Part shown: piece after piece, positions 24,840 through 33,637 of the stretch | How the letters are laid out: every line of letters starts with the position of its first letter | Numbering within the stretch: the stretch's first letter is position 1 | IMG/VR virus record: IMGVR_UViG_3300043432_000128 | Span: 1 to 33,696 of that record | Direction: 5' to 3' (one strand) | Length of the DNA: 33,696 nucleotides | Origin: a virus | Lineage: Duplodnaviria > Caudoviricetes | Program-made: the position numbers and the translations under genes | Notes under the pieces: generated by a model | Seen by the model: only the letters and a program-made list of their open reading frames with translations | Databases searched by the model: none | Told to the model about the DNA's origin: nothing

Positions 24840-24938
24840 GGTCGTGCGGGTTATGGATGAAGGGGTGGGGTCCGTCTTCTCGGACGGTCCGCCGGCCGGG
24901 AGCACCCGGCCGACGTCGGTCTCTGAAGCGCTGATCGC

Positions 24939-26057
24939 TTAGGACTCGTCGGCGACCTTGACGCCCGTGATCTTCACGAACGCGTCGGTCAACACCATTT
25001 TGGCGTCGACGGCCTGGTAGATCAGGAGCTTGGACTGGAGGCGTTCGATCGTCTGATCGCTCGCCATCTCGAGGCCGGTGCCGTACTTGATGTGGTAGTA
25101 CGACGGGTCGCCGAACCACACTTCGGTGGTGTCGGTGCCGACGCCGAGGTTCTCCGGCATATCGGCGCTCTCGAGCAGCGGCTTGTTGAACAGCTGATCG
25201 AGCGGCTGGCCCGGCTGGAAGATCGGGCGGCCCTGGCTGTCGGCGAGGCCGTGGATCGCGGCGCTGCCGTTGCCGGACGTAAGGAACACCGCGTTCTGGC
25301 GGTACTGCGGGGGCAGGAGGTGGTAAAGGTTCAGGATGTCCTGATACGCGAGACCAGCTCCGGCCTGGGCGATGTTGGTCACGGTCTCCTGGCGGATACC
25401 CTTCGGGCGACCCGTCCCCGATCCACCCACGAACGCCGCTTCCTCGGTCTCGGCGAGCTTGCGCCCGGCGAGGGATGCGACGTAGTTTTGGATGTCGAAC
25501 GCGGACGTGTTGAGCAGCTTCCAGCTGAACTTCACGAGCGCGGCGAGGTAGTGGTCGTCGAGCGTCTTCTTCGACGTGGTCGGCTCGCTGCCGGTCACGA
25601 GGTTCGCGTCTGCCGTGTCGGTCTCACCGACCCAGTAGCCGGTCACGCCGGTGCCTTCCGTGGGAAGGTCGAACGGACCCGCGAGGTTGAAGCTGAACGC
25701 GCGCTGGCGCAGGATGTTGAACTGACCCTTCTTCTCGAGGATCGCGTTCGCCAGCTCGACGGGGACCGTGGATCCCATCGCGCCGGTGTCGGTCGGGAAC
25801 GCCTTCACGCCGTGCTGGGCGTGGAGGTGGGACGGCACGACCATCGACTTGATGAAGTTGGCGCTGACCTCCGCGGCCGCGACCTTCTTCTCCGCCTCGG
25901 TCTTCACCTCGGCCGGCAGCTGCTTGAGCTGGACCTTCCCGTCGTCGCCGATCGGGAAGCCCATCTCCTTGAGCTGGTCGACGCCGGCCTCCTTGATCAC
26001 TTCGCGGAGGTCGACTTCCTTGCCGCCCTCGAGCTGAAGCAAGATCTTGTCTTTCAT
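24939..26057 (-). CDS. Major capsid protein (HK97 fold)
   Basis: VPVELANAI, YWVGE, EEAAFVGGSGTGRPKGI, DSQGRPIF and FGDPSYY. Confidence 0.95.
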   Translation of the reverse strand: MKDKILLQLEGGKEVDLREVIKEAGVDQLKEMGFPIGDDGKVQLKQLPAEVKTEAEKKVAAAEVSANFIKSMVVPSHLHAQHGVKAFPTDTGAMGSTVPVELANAILEKKGQFNILRQRAFSFNLAGPFDLPTEGTGVTGYWVGETDTADANLVTGSEPTTSKKTLDDHYLAALVKFSWKLLNTSAFDIQNYVASLAGRKLAETEEAAFVGGSGTGRPKGIRQETVTNIAQAGAGLAYQDILNLYHLLPPQYRQNAVFLTSGNGSAAIHGLADSQGRPIFQPGQPLDQLFNKPLLESADMPENLGVGTDTTEVWFGDPSYYHIKYGTGLEMASDQTIERLQSKLLIYQAVDAKMVLTDAFVKITGVKVADES

Positions 26058-26114
26058 GCTTGTGGGGCTTGATGAATTATCCGCGCGGCGTAAAGCGCCA
26101 GCGCGTTCCCGGGA

Positions 26115-27158
26115 TCACTCCCGGATCGTCTTCGCACGGACCAGGATCTTTCCGATCTGCTGGTCCACCCGCTTCACGCCGCGGACGATCGCCTTCAGCG
26201 TTTCGTCCTCCTTGCGTGGTGCGCCGGCGGGTTTTTCCGGGGAGGGTGCTCCCTTCCCGTCGTCTTCGGCGTCCGCTTCCGCGAGAAGCGCCTCGATCGC
26301 GTCGGTTGCGGTCCGCATGGCCTCGACCGCGGCTTCGAGCCGCGAGCGGGTCTTGGCGGACAGGACGCGCCCTGCCTTGATGCCCTTCTCGGCATCCTCC
26401 GGGGCCTTGGGCGCGTCAGCCCCGGTCCCCTGACCTTCTCCGCCCTCTCCGGCCGGTGCCGGCGCTGGTGCGGTCACGCCCTCCCCGGCCGCGCCGGATC
26501 CTGCGCCTTCGCCTCCCTCTCCCCCTTCGCCGGCGGCCGGTGCCGCGGCTTCGGGTGCGGGTGCGGGTGCCTTGCCGTCGTCGGCCGCGCCCTCGTCCTC
26601 GACGTTGAACTCCCCGTCGGTCTTCACGTCCTCGATCGCGCTCTTGGCGCCTGTCAGCATCGCCTGGTTGTTCGCGCCGACCAGGACGGGGGACCATTCG
26701 TAGATCGCCAGCTTTTTGAGGTGACGGATGCCGGTCTTCGGGTCGTACTCGTCCTGGACGACCGAGAATCCGAACGACAGGTCCGTGATCGCGCCGCTCT
26801 TAATCAGCGCGTGCGCCTCGACGGCTTTCTGCACCTCGGGGAGCAGCTCGCCGCGGACGAACAAACCGTAGTCGTCCTCGAACGCCTCGAGCGTCGGCCC
26901 GAGGGGGAGCGTCCAATCGTGCGCCCACACCAGCTTCGGGTACCGGGGGAGGTTCTCCTTCAGCCATTCGGTGAACGCGCCGCGCTGCACGATCTCCCCG
27001 TAGCTGTCGACGTTGCCGAACACCGAGGCGTATCCCTCGATGATCCACTTTCCGTCGTCGGCGACCTTGAGCCGGGCGGCCTGGCCGTCCAGCGTCTTGA
27101 GGACGAGGCGGACGGTCTTCCCCTCGACGCGCCGGTTGATGATCTTTGCCTTTCGCAT
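26115..27158 (-). CDS. HK97-family prohead protease with C-terminal extension
   Basis: Start re-called at 27158. IEGYASVFGNVDSYGEIVQRGAF, WAHD, LSFGF and EWSPVLVGAN, followed by an A/P/G/E linker. Confidence 0.93.
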   Translation of the reverse strand: MRKAKIINRRVEGKTVRLVLKTLDGQAARLKVADDGKWIIEGYASVFGNVDSYGEIVQRGAFTEWLKENLPRYPKLVWAHDWTLPLGPTLEAFEDDYGLFVRGELLPEVQKAVEAHALIKSGAITDLSFGFSVVQDEYDPKTGIRHLKKLAIYEWSPVLVGANNQAMLTGAKSAIEDVKTDGEFNVEDEGAADDGKAPAPAPEAAAPAAGEGGEGGEGAGSGAAGEGVTAPAPAPAGEGGEGQGTGADAPKAPEDAEKGIKAGRVLSAKTRSRLEAAVEAMRTATDAIEALLAEADAEDDGKGAPSPEKPAGAPRKEDETLKAIVRGVKRVDQQIGKILVRAKTIRE

Positions 27159-27167
27159 AGTGGTTCG

Positions 27168-27176
27168 ATTATAGCA
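27168..27176 (-). promoter_or_regulatory. Extended -10 promoter TGCTATAAT for protease/capsid
   Basis: Perfect TGn-TATAAT, 9 nt before the protease ATG (near-leaderless). Confidence 0.7.
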
Positions 27177-27197
27177 CCGCGCGGCCGCGCGGCACAA

Positions 27198-29453
27198 TTA
27201 GGAGCTGATGTCGTCGAGCGTCGGCGACACCGAGCATTGGCAATTGATCACGTTCCCGGGCGATCCCGCGGGGTCTCCGGGGTACGCCAGGCGCTCGCTC
27301 CCGACGTCGAAGCTGTCGTCCGCCTTGACCACCTGGCCGTCGGCGTCCGCGTGATCCTCGCGCGTGTTGGAAAAGATCGCCACCCACACCTTGCGCTCGA
27401 CGCCTTGCGCGCGCATTTCCTCGTTCCGTCCGAAGTTTTGCGCGGTGCCGACCTCCGTGCGCGCGATCGTTTCGGCGCGGAAGCCCTCGGCCTCGTCGTA
27501 CACCGAGCTGATGCGCTCGCGGATGCTGCCCAGGTCCTCGCCGGCGTCCAGGCCCTCGCGCATGGTCTCGGCGAGCTGGCGGCGCGTCAGCTCGTTCACG
27601 TCGAGGGTCAGGCCGGTGCGCTTCATGATGAAGTCGTGGACGAACGGCGTCCCGAGGATCCCGCCGCCGGGCGTGGCGACGCCGGTCAGCTTTTGGATCG
27701 CGTCGCTCCCCGCCTGGATATTCTCGCGCGCGTGCTTGGCGGTGATCTCGGCGATGATCTTGTCGGCCTTGCCGGCGTCGAACGTGATCTTTTGGATCCA
27801 GTTACCGACGTTGGCCTTCACCTCCGCGGCGTCCCTCCCCTTCGGCAATCCCTCGGCGTCGAGGTTCGCCAGCACCTCGTCGCGCTGCGTGCCGAAGAAG
27901 CGCTTCACGTCCCGCTTCATCGCGGCCTTGGCCCGGGGGAGCTTCGCCAGAAACTCCATGCGCTCCGCCTCGATGCGCTGGCCGTGCTTCGGCTTGTCGT
28001 CCTCCCCGTCCTTCACGAGCCGCGCGCCCTTGATCGTCACGCGCACGATCCCGTCCTTGGCCTCCCCCGCCTTCTTGGCGATCGCGGCGATGACCTTCTC
28101 GGTCATGCCGTCGACCATTTTGCGCTTCAACCATGTGCGCGCGAGGATGCGGCGCTTGATCTCCTTCTCGCGCTTCGTCAGCCAGCCCTTGCCCTGGCGC
28201 CGCACGGGGAGCCGGGCGAAGCCGGCGCCGTTGAAGCCGAACGTGGAGGCCGCGTCGGTCGGGTCGATGCCGGCGCCGACCTGGGGGATCACGCCGAGCG
28301 GCTTGAAGATAAAGTCGCCGCCGTCGAGCGGCTCCTTGCCGAACAGGTCGCGCTGCTCGTTCACGGTGAGGAACCGTCCGTCGCCGATCTCCGCGATCTT
28401 CAGCTTTTGTTCGGTGTTCTCCGGGACGTAGCTTTCGAAGTCGAGCCACTTGGTCTCCCCGAACTCCGTCACCAGGTACTCGTTCAGCGCGCCGGTGATC
28501 AGCCGCGCCTGGGGGTCAAGCGTGTCGTTTGCGAAGATCCGCTCGGCGGTCTCCATGTTGCTGTACGTCACCTCGGCGCTGGTCAGCAGCGACACCGGGA
28601 CGCCGAGGACGCTCACGATCGTTTCGCGCGCGTTCTTGCGCGTCGCGTCGAGTTGAAGCTCATCGGGGGAGCGACCGGCGGCCTTCATCTTCAGGCCCTT
28701 GTCCAGGATCGTGACGGCGCCGGCGTTCTTGGCCCCCGCGTTGCGCTTCTTCCACGCCTTGATGATCGACTTCGCCTTGTCCTCGTCCAGCTTCCCGTCG
28801 GTCTCGAGCACGACGCCCGGCTCCGCGAAGTTGTCCAGAAGGTGCTTGTTCCACAGCGCGGCCGCGATGTCGGTGTCGACCTCGAGCGCCGCGGCGCCGA
28901 GGGGGGAGAAGCCGTCGGTGATCGAGCGCGGCGACGGCTCGCGCACGAATATGATGTCGTCCGGCGCGTAGACCTGGGTGGATCCGCCGACGCTGTACCT
29001 GTAGCCGGTGACGGTGCCGTCCTTCGCCTTCTCGGTGTGGAGAAGATCCGGGCGCAGCGGCCAAAGCGCCAGCACGCGGTTCGTGCCGGCGCGGTCCTTC
29101 AGGATCGGGGCGCGGCCCCACAGGCAAAGGAAAAGCTCGAGCGTGTAGAAAAACTGATAGCGGTCCTGGGCGGGGTTGACGCGGTCGAGCAGCGCGAGCA
29201 CCTCGTCGTCCTCGATCTCGGCGAGGTCCTGGTTGCGGCGCAGCTCGAAAAGGTGGAGCTGGATCGCGCCGATGCGGCGCGCGCGCTTGCTCACCGCTGC
29301 GTACACCCACCCGGCGTATCCGCCGACGGGATCCTGTTCGACGCTCGCGCCGGTGCGGACGTTGCCGAACTGGAGGGCGCCTTTCACGAAAAATACCAGG
29401 GGTGCTCCCAGGTTCCTGACGGTCTCTTTGATGCGGTCGATGATCTTCGGCAT
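27198..29453 (-). CDS. Portal protein fused to a Mu gpF-like head morphogenesis domain
   Basis: HK97 portal motifs WVYAAV, LWPLRP, GFSPL, GVPVSLL and LTVNEQR, then RAETIARTE, KVW..TREDH and PGDP...NVINCQC. Start at 29453; GTG 29468 is an alternative. Confidence 0.92.
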   Translation of the reverse strand: MPKIIDRIKETVRNLGAPLVFFVKGALQFGNVRTGASVEQDPVGGYAGWVYAAVSKRARRIGAIQLHLFELRRNQDLAEIEDDEVLALLDRVNPAQDRYQFFYTLELFLCLWGRAPILKDRAGTNRVLALWPLRPDLLHTEKAKDGTVTGYRYSVGGSTQVYAPDDIIFVREPSPRSITDGFSPLGAAALEVDTDIAAALWNKHLLDNFAEPGVVLETDGKLDEDKAKSIIKAWKKRNAGAKNAGAVTILDKGLKMKAAGRSPDELQLDATRKNARETIVSVLGVPVSLLTSAEVTYSNMETAERIFANDTLDPQARLITGALNEYLVTEFGETKWLDFESYVPENTEQKLKIAEIGDGRFLTVNEQRDLFGKEPLDGGDFIFKPLGVIPQVGAGIDPTDAASTFGFNGAGFARLPVRRQGKGWLTKREKEIKRRILARTWLKRKMVDGMTEKVIAAIAKKAGEAKDGIVRVTIKGARLVKDGEDDKPKHGQRIEAERMEFLAKLPRAKAAMKRDVKRFFGTQRDEVLANLDAEGLPKGRDAAEVKANVGNWIQKITFDAGKADKIIAEITAKHARENIQAGSDAIQKLTGVATPGGGILGTPFVHDFIMKRTGLTLDVNELTRRQLAETMREGLDAGEDLGSIRERISSVYDEAEGFRAETIARTEVGTAQNFGRNEEMRAQGVERKVWVAIFSNTREDHADADGQVVKADDSFDVGSERLAYPGDPAGSPGNVINCQCSVSPTLDDISS

Positions 29454-29464
29454 AGGGGGTTCGT

Positions 29465-29722
29465 TCACTTCGATGTTACCACGCCGGCCGTGCGCGGCAC
29501 GAACTGGATCCGCTTCGGGATCCCGTCGGGCTGCGGGATCATGATCTCGTATTTCTCCCCGATCTTGTCGACGATCGCCTGAATGTCTTCCATGTACTGG
29601 CGGTCGCGCGTCCAGCGGACCTTGGCGAACAGCGCCTGTATCGCCGCGTGCGCGTCCTCCTTCGTGATGATCGAGCGCAGCGGCTTGATCGCGTGCTCGC
29701 TCGGTGGCGTTTCTTTTTGCAT
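29465..29722 (-). CDS. Hypothetical protein between terminase and portal
   Basis: Start re-called at 29722 (MQKETPP), context TAACCCCCAACGCCATG. Confidence 0.65.
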   Translation of the reverse strand: MQKETPPSEHAIKPLRSIITKEDAHAAIQALFAKVRWTRDRQYMEDIQAIVDKIGEKYEIMIPQPDGIPKRIQFVPRTAGVVTSK

Positions 29723-29733
29723 GGCGTTGGGGG

Positions 29734-31137
29734 TTAGCCGGTCCACGCGCCGGGGCCTTCGTCGGCCTCGCCGGGGAGCAGCGTTAGGATCAAAGCGTCC
29801 GCGGTGTTGGGGGAGGGGACCTTCCGCTTCTTCATGTCGGCCTTGCTCTCGATCTTCACCCGGCCCTGTCGATCGAAAGTATAGCGCGGCTTGGCCAGCT
29901 CGTACCAGCTTTCGTGCTTCTCGAGCGACCCGGTCTTCAGCCATTCCCGCGCGCGGTCCCATCCCTCGTCGCGGAGAAGCGCGAACCGCGACGACGCCGG
30001 CGTGTCCAGGTCCTCGCCCTCGTCCGTCGGCGAATGGGCGACGTTCACGCCGTACACCCGGTCCGCGAACCGCCCGTCCTCCTTCAGCATATCGTATACG
30101 CCGCCGCCGACGCCGATCGTGTCGATGTGCGCGCGGCCCTTGGGGTTCTCGAGCAGCCAGGCCGCCACCTTGCCGGCGGTCTCGGTCGTCGCCTGTCCCT
30201 GCTTTTGGTCGATCAGCTTCGCCCTCTTGCCGCAGCGCTCGACCAGGTCGGTGCTGTCGTCGCCGAACCGCGCGACGTCGACGCCCAGCACCAGGTCGTG
30301 CTTCCTGGTGCGCTCGTCGTCCTGCTCCACGTCCCGGTCGATCGCGTCGGCCACCTCCGTGACGCCGATGTACGAGTCGCTGGTCCGCTTCGGCGGCTCG
30401 CCCTTCACGCGCACGCGGAAGACGTCGCTGTCCTCGCCGTACTTGCGCTTCATTTCCTCGACCCACTCCCAGGTGGAAAGGCCCGGGACGACGATCCGCT
30501 TCTCGATCACGTTCGGGATGTCGTAGGCGCTGATCTGTATTTTATTGAAACCGGGATCCGTGAAGGACGATGCGAAGCTGCCGTCGTTCCTGGTCGGGTT
30601 GCCCACGTACACCTTGCGGACCTGGACGCCGCCGCTCATCGCGCCGTCGATCGCCTCGAACACGCTCTCCTTGACGCCGCTCGCCTCGTCGACGATCAGC
30701 AGGATGTTTTCGCCGTGGAAGCCCTGGAACTTGTCGGCGGTGTCGCCGCCGTCGGTCTCGCGCGTGCTGAAGCCGAACGCGAACCACTCCGGGGTCACCT
30801 CGTAGCGCGTCTTGAAAAGTTTCCCCCCGAGCGGCCGGCGTGCCTTCGCGTGCGCGATGCGGAACTCCTTCCAGTACTGGTGGCGCACCTGGCGGTCGGT
30901 CGGCGCGGTGTTGATCACGATCGCCGGCGGGTAGGCGAAAAGGAACCACAGCGCGACGCGCGCGATCGTGAACGTCTTCCCGATGCCGTGGCACGACCGC
31001 ACGCTGGTGTTGCGGTGGTCCCGGATCGACAGGACGATCTCGCGCTGCTTCCCCCACAGCTTCACGCCGAGGATCTTCTCGAAGAAGAAGTCCGGGTCGC
31101 GCCTGATGCGCTCCTGGATTTTCTCATGCGCTGTCAT
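29734..31137 (-). CDS. terL: Terminase large subunit
   Basis: SCHGIGKT (Walker A), LIVDEASG (Walker B), GNPT, GVDVARFGDD nuclease motif and SPNTADAL. Confidence 0.95.
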   Translation of the reverse strand: MTAHEKIQERIRRDPDFFFEKILGVKLWGKQREIVLSIRDHRNTSVRSCHGIGKTFTIARVALWFLFAYPPAIVINTAPTDRQVRHQYWKEFRIAHAKARRPLGGKLFKTRYEVTPEWFAFGFSTRETDGGDTADKFQGFHGENILLIVDEASGVKESVFEAIDGAMSGGVQVRKVYVGNPTRNDGSFASSFTDPGFNKIQISAYDIPNVIEKRIVVPGLSTWEWVEEMKRKYGEDSDVFRVRVKGEPPKRTSDSYIGVTEVADAIDRDVEQDDERTRKHDLVLGVDVARFGDDSTDLVERCGKRAKLIDQKQGQATTETAGKVAAWLLENPKGRAHIDTIGVGGGVYDMLKEDGRFADRVYGVNVAHSPTDEGEDLDTPASSRFALLRDEGWDRAREWLKTGSLEKHESWYELAKPRYTFDRQGRVKIESKADMKKRKVPSPNTADALILTLLPGEADEGPGAWTG

Positions 31138-31600
31138 CGCCGTCGTCGTCAGCGCCGGCTGCGGCGCCGTCGCCGTCCGGCTTGCCCTCCATGTCCTGGC
31201 GGATCAGATCGGCCAGGCCCTCGACCTCGACGCTGCTTTTCTGCTTCGGCGTGTATCCCTCGACGAGCCGCATCCAGGTCTCGACCTCGTATGCGTCGCC
31301 GCGCTGCATCGCCTTCCGGGCAAGCGCGCGCATGATCGGCCCGGTGTACGCGCGGAGGGCGACGAGGTGCTTGTCGCGGATCGCCCACAGCTCCGGCATC
31401 CCCTTCCAACGGACCAGGGTGTCGCGGTTGATCTTGTATTTCGTGGCGAAGTCCTGATCGGTCCCCTTGGGCACCTTGAACACCGCGACCCGTTCCTCGA
31501 GCGCCATCGAAAGGTACGCGGCGTAGCGCTCGAACTCCGCCTGGCGGTGGATGCCGGGGGGGAGGGAATTGACGGGTTTCGACGGGTTCTTTTTCGGCAT
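31124..31600 (-). CDS. terS: Terminase small subunit (probable)
   Basis: HTH TDQDFATKYKINRDTLVRWK. Overlaps the terL start. Confidence 0.7.
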   Translation of the reverse strand: MPKKNPSKPVNSLPPGIHRQAEFERYAAYLSMALEERVAVFKVPKGTDQDFATKYKINRDTLVRWKGMPELWAIRDKHLVALRAYTGPIMRALARKAMQRGDAYEVETWMRLVEGYTPKQKSSVEVEGLADLIRQDMEGKPDGDGAAAGADDDGDDSA

Positions 31601-31612
31601 GGCCGTGGGTGG

Positions 31613-31843
31613 TTACTGCTCGTCGCGCAGGGGGTATTGGAGCACGATCGCCTTCAGGATCCGCCAAACGATGCGGGGGAGCCATCGCGGCCGCGGCCGC
31701 AGGACCTGGCGGGTGCGCTCGATCGTCGCCTGTCGTGCCGCGGCGATCGCATCCGACGCCTCGTCCCGCAGCCCGGTGACGTGCTGGGCAACGGCCTTGC
31801 GCGCCTCCTTCCGCATGATCTTCAGCTGCTTGTTCCTTCCCAT
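31613..31843 (-). CDS. Small basic hypothetical protein
   Basis: 76 aa, RPRPRWLPRIVWRIL. Confidence 0.6.
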   Translation of the reverse strand: MGRNKQLKIMRKEARKAVAQHVTGLRDEASDAIAAARQATIERTRQVLRPRPRWLPRIVWRILKAIVLQYPLRDEQ

Positions 31844-31855
31844 ATCGCGTGGGGG

Positions 31856-32548
31856 TTATTTTTCGAACCGGCTCTTGGCCGGGAAGCGCCGCTCGATCAG
31901 GGCCTTGAACTGCGGCTGCTGCGCGATCGCGTCGCTCACCGAAAGGAACGATCCCTGCGCGTACCTGGTCAGCTCCGCGAGCGTCTTCGCCTTGTGGTCC
32001 TTCGTCGGCGCCGGGTTGATCCGCGCCGCGTACCCGTACACCGTGCGGAGGTGGATGCCGGCGTCCGGGTATCCGTACAGCCGGGCGACCTCGAGCAGCT
32101 GGTCGCGGTCGAAGACGAACGGCGCGTGGATCTCGAACGACGGCTGGTCCCGTCCGATGCGCGCCGCGGTCGCCGCGGTGATCTTCCAATATTCCCCCAG
32201 CCGTCCGCCGATGCGATCGAGCAGCTCGCCGATCGTGCCGTCGCTGTACGCCGGGATCGAGCGGTGCGGCCGCAGGATGAAGAAGTCGTCGTTCATAAGC
32301 GCGAGCTGGCGCCCGACGCCGGGATGCCTTGCCGCGCGCAGCAGCTTGCCGGCGGTGTCCGCGTACCTGGTGCGGCCGCGGTGCCGGTCCGCGATGACGA
32401 TCGCGCCGGATCCTTCGCGCAGGAACTTCGGCCGATCCCCGACGATGATCAGCCGGCGGAACGTCAGGTGCGCGCACGCGCTGCGGATCGAGTAGCGCAG
32501 CTCGTCCTCGCCGTGCTTCGGTCTTCGGTAAACGTACACGATGTCCAT
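31856..32548 (-). CDS. Stealth-family-like sugar-phosphate transferase
   Basis: Start re-called at 32548. CR1-like DIVYVY, CR2-like ELRYSIRS...LMNDDFF and CR4-like RFPAKSRFE. Confidence 0.75.
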   Translation of the reverse strand: MDIVYVYRRPKHGEDELRYSIRSACAHLTFRRLIIVGDRPKFLREGSGAIVIADRHRGRTRYADTAGKLLRAARHPGVGRQLALMNDDFFILRPHRSIPAYSDGTIGELLDRIGGRLGEYWKITAATAARIGRDQPSFEIHAPFVFDRDQLLEVARLYGYPDAGIHLRTVYGYAARINPAPTKDHKAKTLAELTRYAQGSFLSVSDAIAQQPQFKALIERRFPAKSRFEK

Positions 32549-32559
32549 ATTGTGTGCGG

Positions 32560-32862
32560 TCAGGGTTTCGTGCGTGATGCTTCCCGCCGGCGCGCGGCCT
32601 CGAGGTGGAACGCCAGCCGGCCGTCCTGGAGCAGCTGGTGGATCTCGATCACGTCGTCCGGGCCTATGGGGTCCCGCCGGATCGCCGGCAGGACCTCGTC
32701 CCGGCCGATGTCGAGCACCAGGGCGACGCTGTGGATCCCGTCGGCCGTGATCTTGACCGCCGCGACCTCCGCGTGCGTCGCGTTCTCCGAAGCGCAAAAG
32801 GGGCAGGCGACTGTCGCCTTGGCCCCTTCCGCGACGAAAAATGTCGGGATCGCGGGGGCCAT
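32560..32862 (-). CDS. Hypothetical protein with CPFC motif
   Basis: 100 aa; ATG lies 6 nt after an extended -10 (leaderless). Confidence 0.6.
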   Translation of the reverse strand: MAPAIPTFFVAEGAKATVACPFCASENATHAEVAAVKITADGIHSVALVLDIGRDEVLPAIRRDPIGPDDVIEIHQLLQDGRLAFHLEAARRREASRTKP

Positions 32863-32868
32863 GCGCTA

Positions 32869-32877
32869 AGCATAGCA
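32869..32877 (-). promoter_or_regulatory. Extended -10 promoter TGCTATGCT (leaderless)
   Basis: Intergenic. Hexamer followed by 6 nt then ATG 32862. Confidence 0.55.
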
Positions 32878-32890
32878 CAACCCGCCGGCG

Positions 32891-33637
32891 TCACGCGCCC
32901 TTCTCGAGGTGCGCGATGAACGCGTCGAGCAGCCGCCCCTGGATCTTCTCGAGGTCCGGGATCGGCGGCAGCGCCGCGGCGGGGTCGTGCGCGTCGCCCG
33001 GGCGCTGTCGCTCGCGGTCGGTCCCGAGGAAGTAGTCCTGGAACTTCAGCTCGCCGCCGGCGATCTTGTCGCCGAGCACGAGCCACGTCGCCGGGATCCC
33101 GTACGCCTCGGCGATGATGATGCCGTGCAGCGACGAGCTGGCGATCCGCTCGCACGCCGTCACCTGTTTGATGATCTCCTTCCAGTGGCCCTGGATGTCG
33201 ATCGTGATCCCGTCCGGCCCCGGATCCGGGGCGACGTCCTTGTCGACGTAGTGGGGGATGATGCCGAGCTTGTACCGCTTCCGCTGCTGCGGTTTGTAGA
33301 TCGCCGGGATCAGCAGCGCCGGGTCGCCGTACACCTCCGGGATCGGTTCGGCGCTGATCAGCCGCTCGCGCGTCAGTGGTCCGCGCAGCGCGAGGATCTT
33401 CGCGCCCGTCGGCACCGTGATCTTTTCCTCGGTCTTCGTCCCGGATCCCCACACGACGTCCTTCGGCTGGATGACGTGGATGATCGAGCCGACCGCGAGC
33501 AGCTTGCCGCGCTCGTCGCGCTTCGCCTGGGTGGGACGCGCGCCGGTCAGGTGCTCGATGATCGGCGGCGTCAGCATATCGCCGAAGTTGTTCTTGGCGC
33601 TCCACCAGAACGCCCGGATCGCTTTCGATGTTGTCAT
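32891..33637 (-). CDS. Polysaccharide pyruvyl transferase family protein (ExoV-like)
   Basis: NNFGDML, AVGSII, VWGSG, ALRGPLT, GDPALL, GIIPHY and SSSLHGIIIAEAYGIP. Confidence 0.9.
   Translation of the reverse strand: MTTSKAIRAFWWSAKNNFGDMLTPPIIEHLTGARPTQAKRDERGKLLAVGSIIHVIQPKDVVWGSGTKTEEKITVPTGAKILALRGPLTRERLISAEPIPEVYGDPALLIPAIYKPQQRKRYKLGIIPHYVDKDVAPDPGPDGITIDIQGHWKEIIKQVTACERIASSSLHGIIIAEAYGIPATWLVLGDKIAGGELKFQDYFLGTDRERQRPGDAHDPAAALPPIPDLEKIQGRLLDAFIAHLEKGA

Noticed and set aside
23086-25119. 677-aa minus-strand ORF as one protein
   Set aside because: The upstream part is Arg-rich off-frame read-through across four real genes. Only 23086-23571 looks genuine. The same applies to the extended starts of 91-1431, 9460-10635, 29465-30466 and 31856-32878.
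26721-29582. 953-aa plus-strand ORF (also 18343-21009, 30968-32869, 2355-3698 and others)
   Set aside because: Antisense shadows of well-supported minus-strand genes, expected in high-GC codon-biased DNA. No recognisable motifs.
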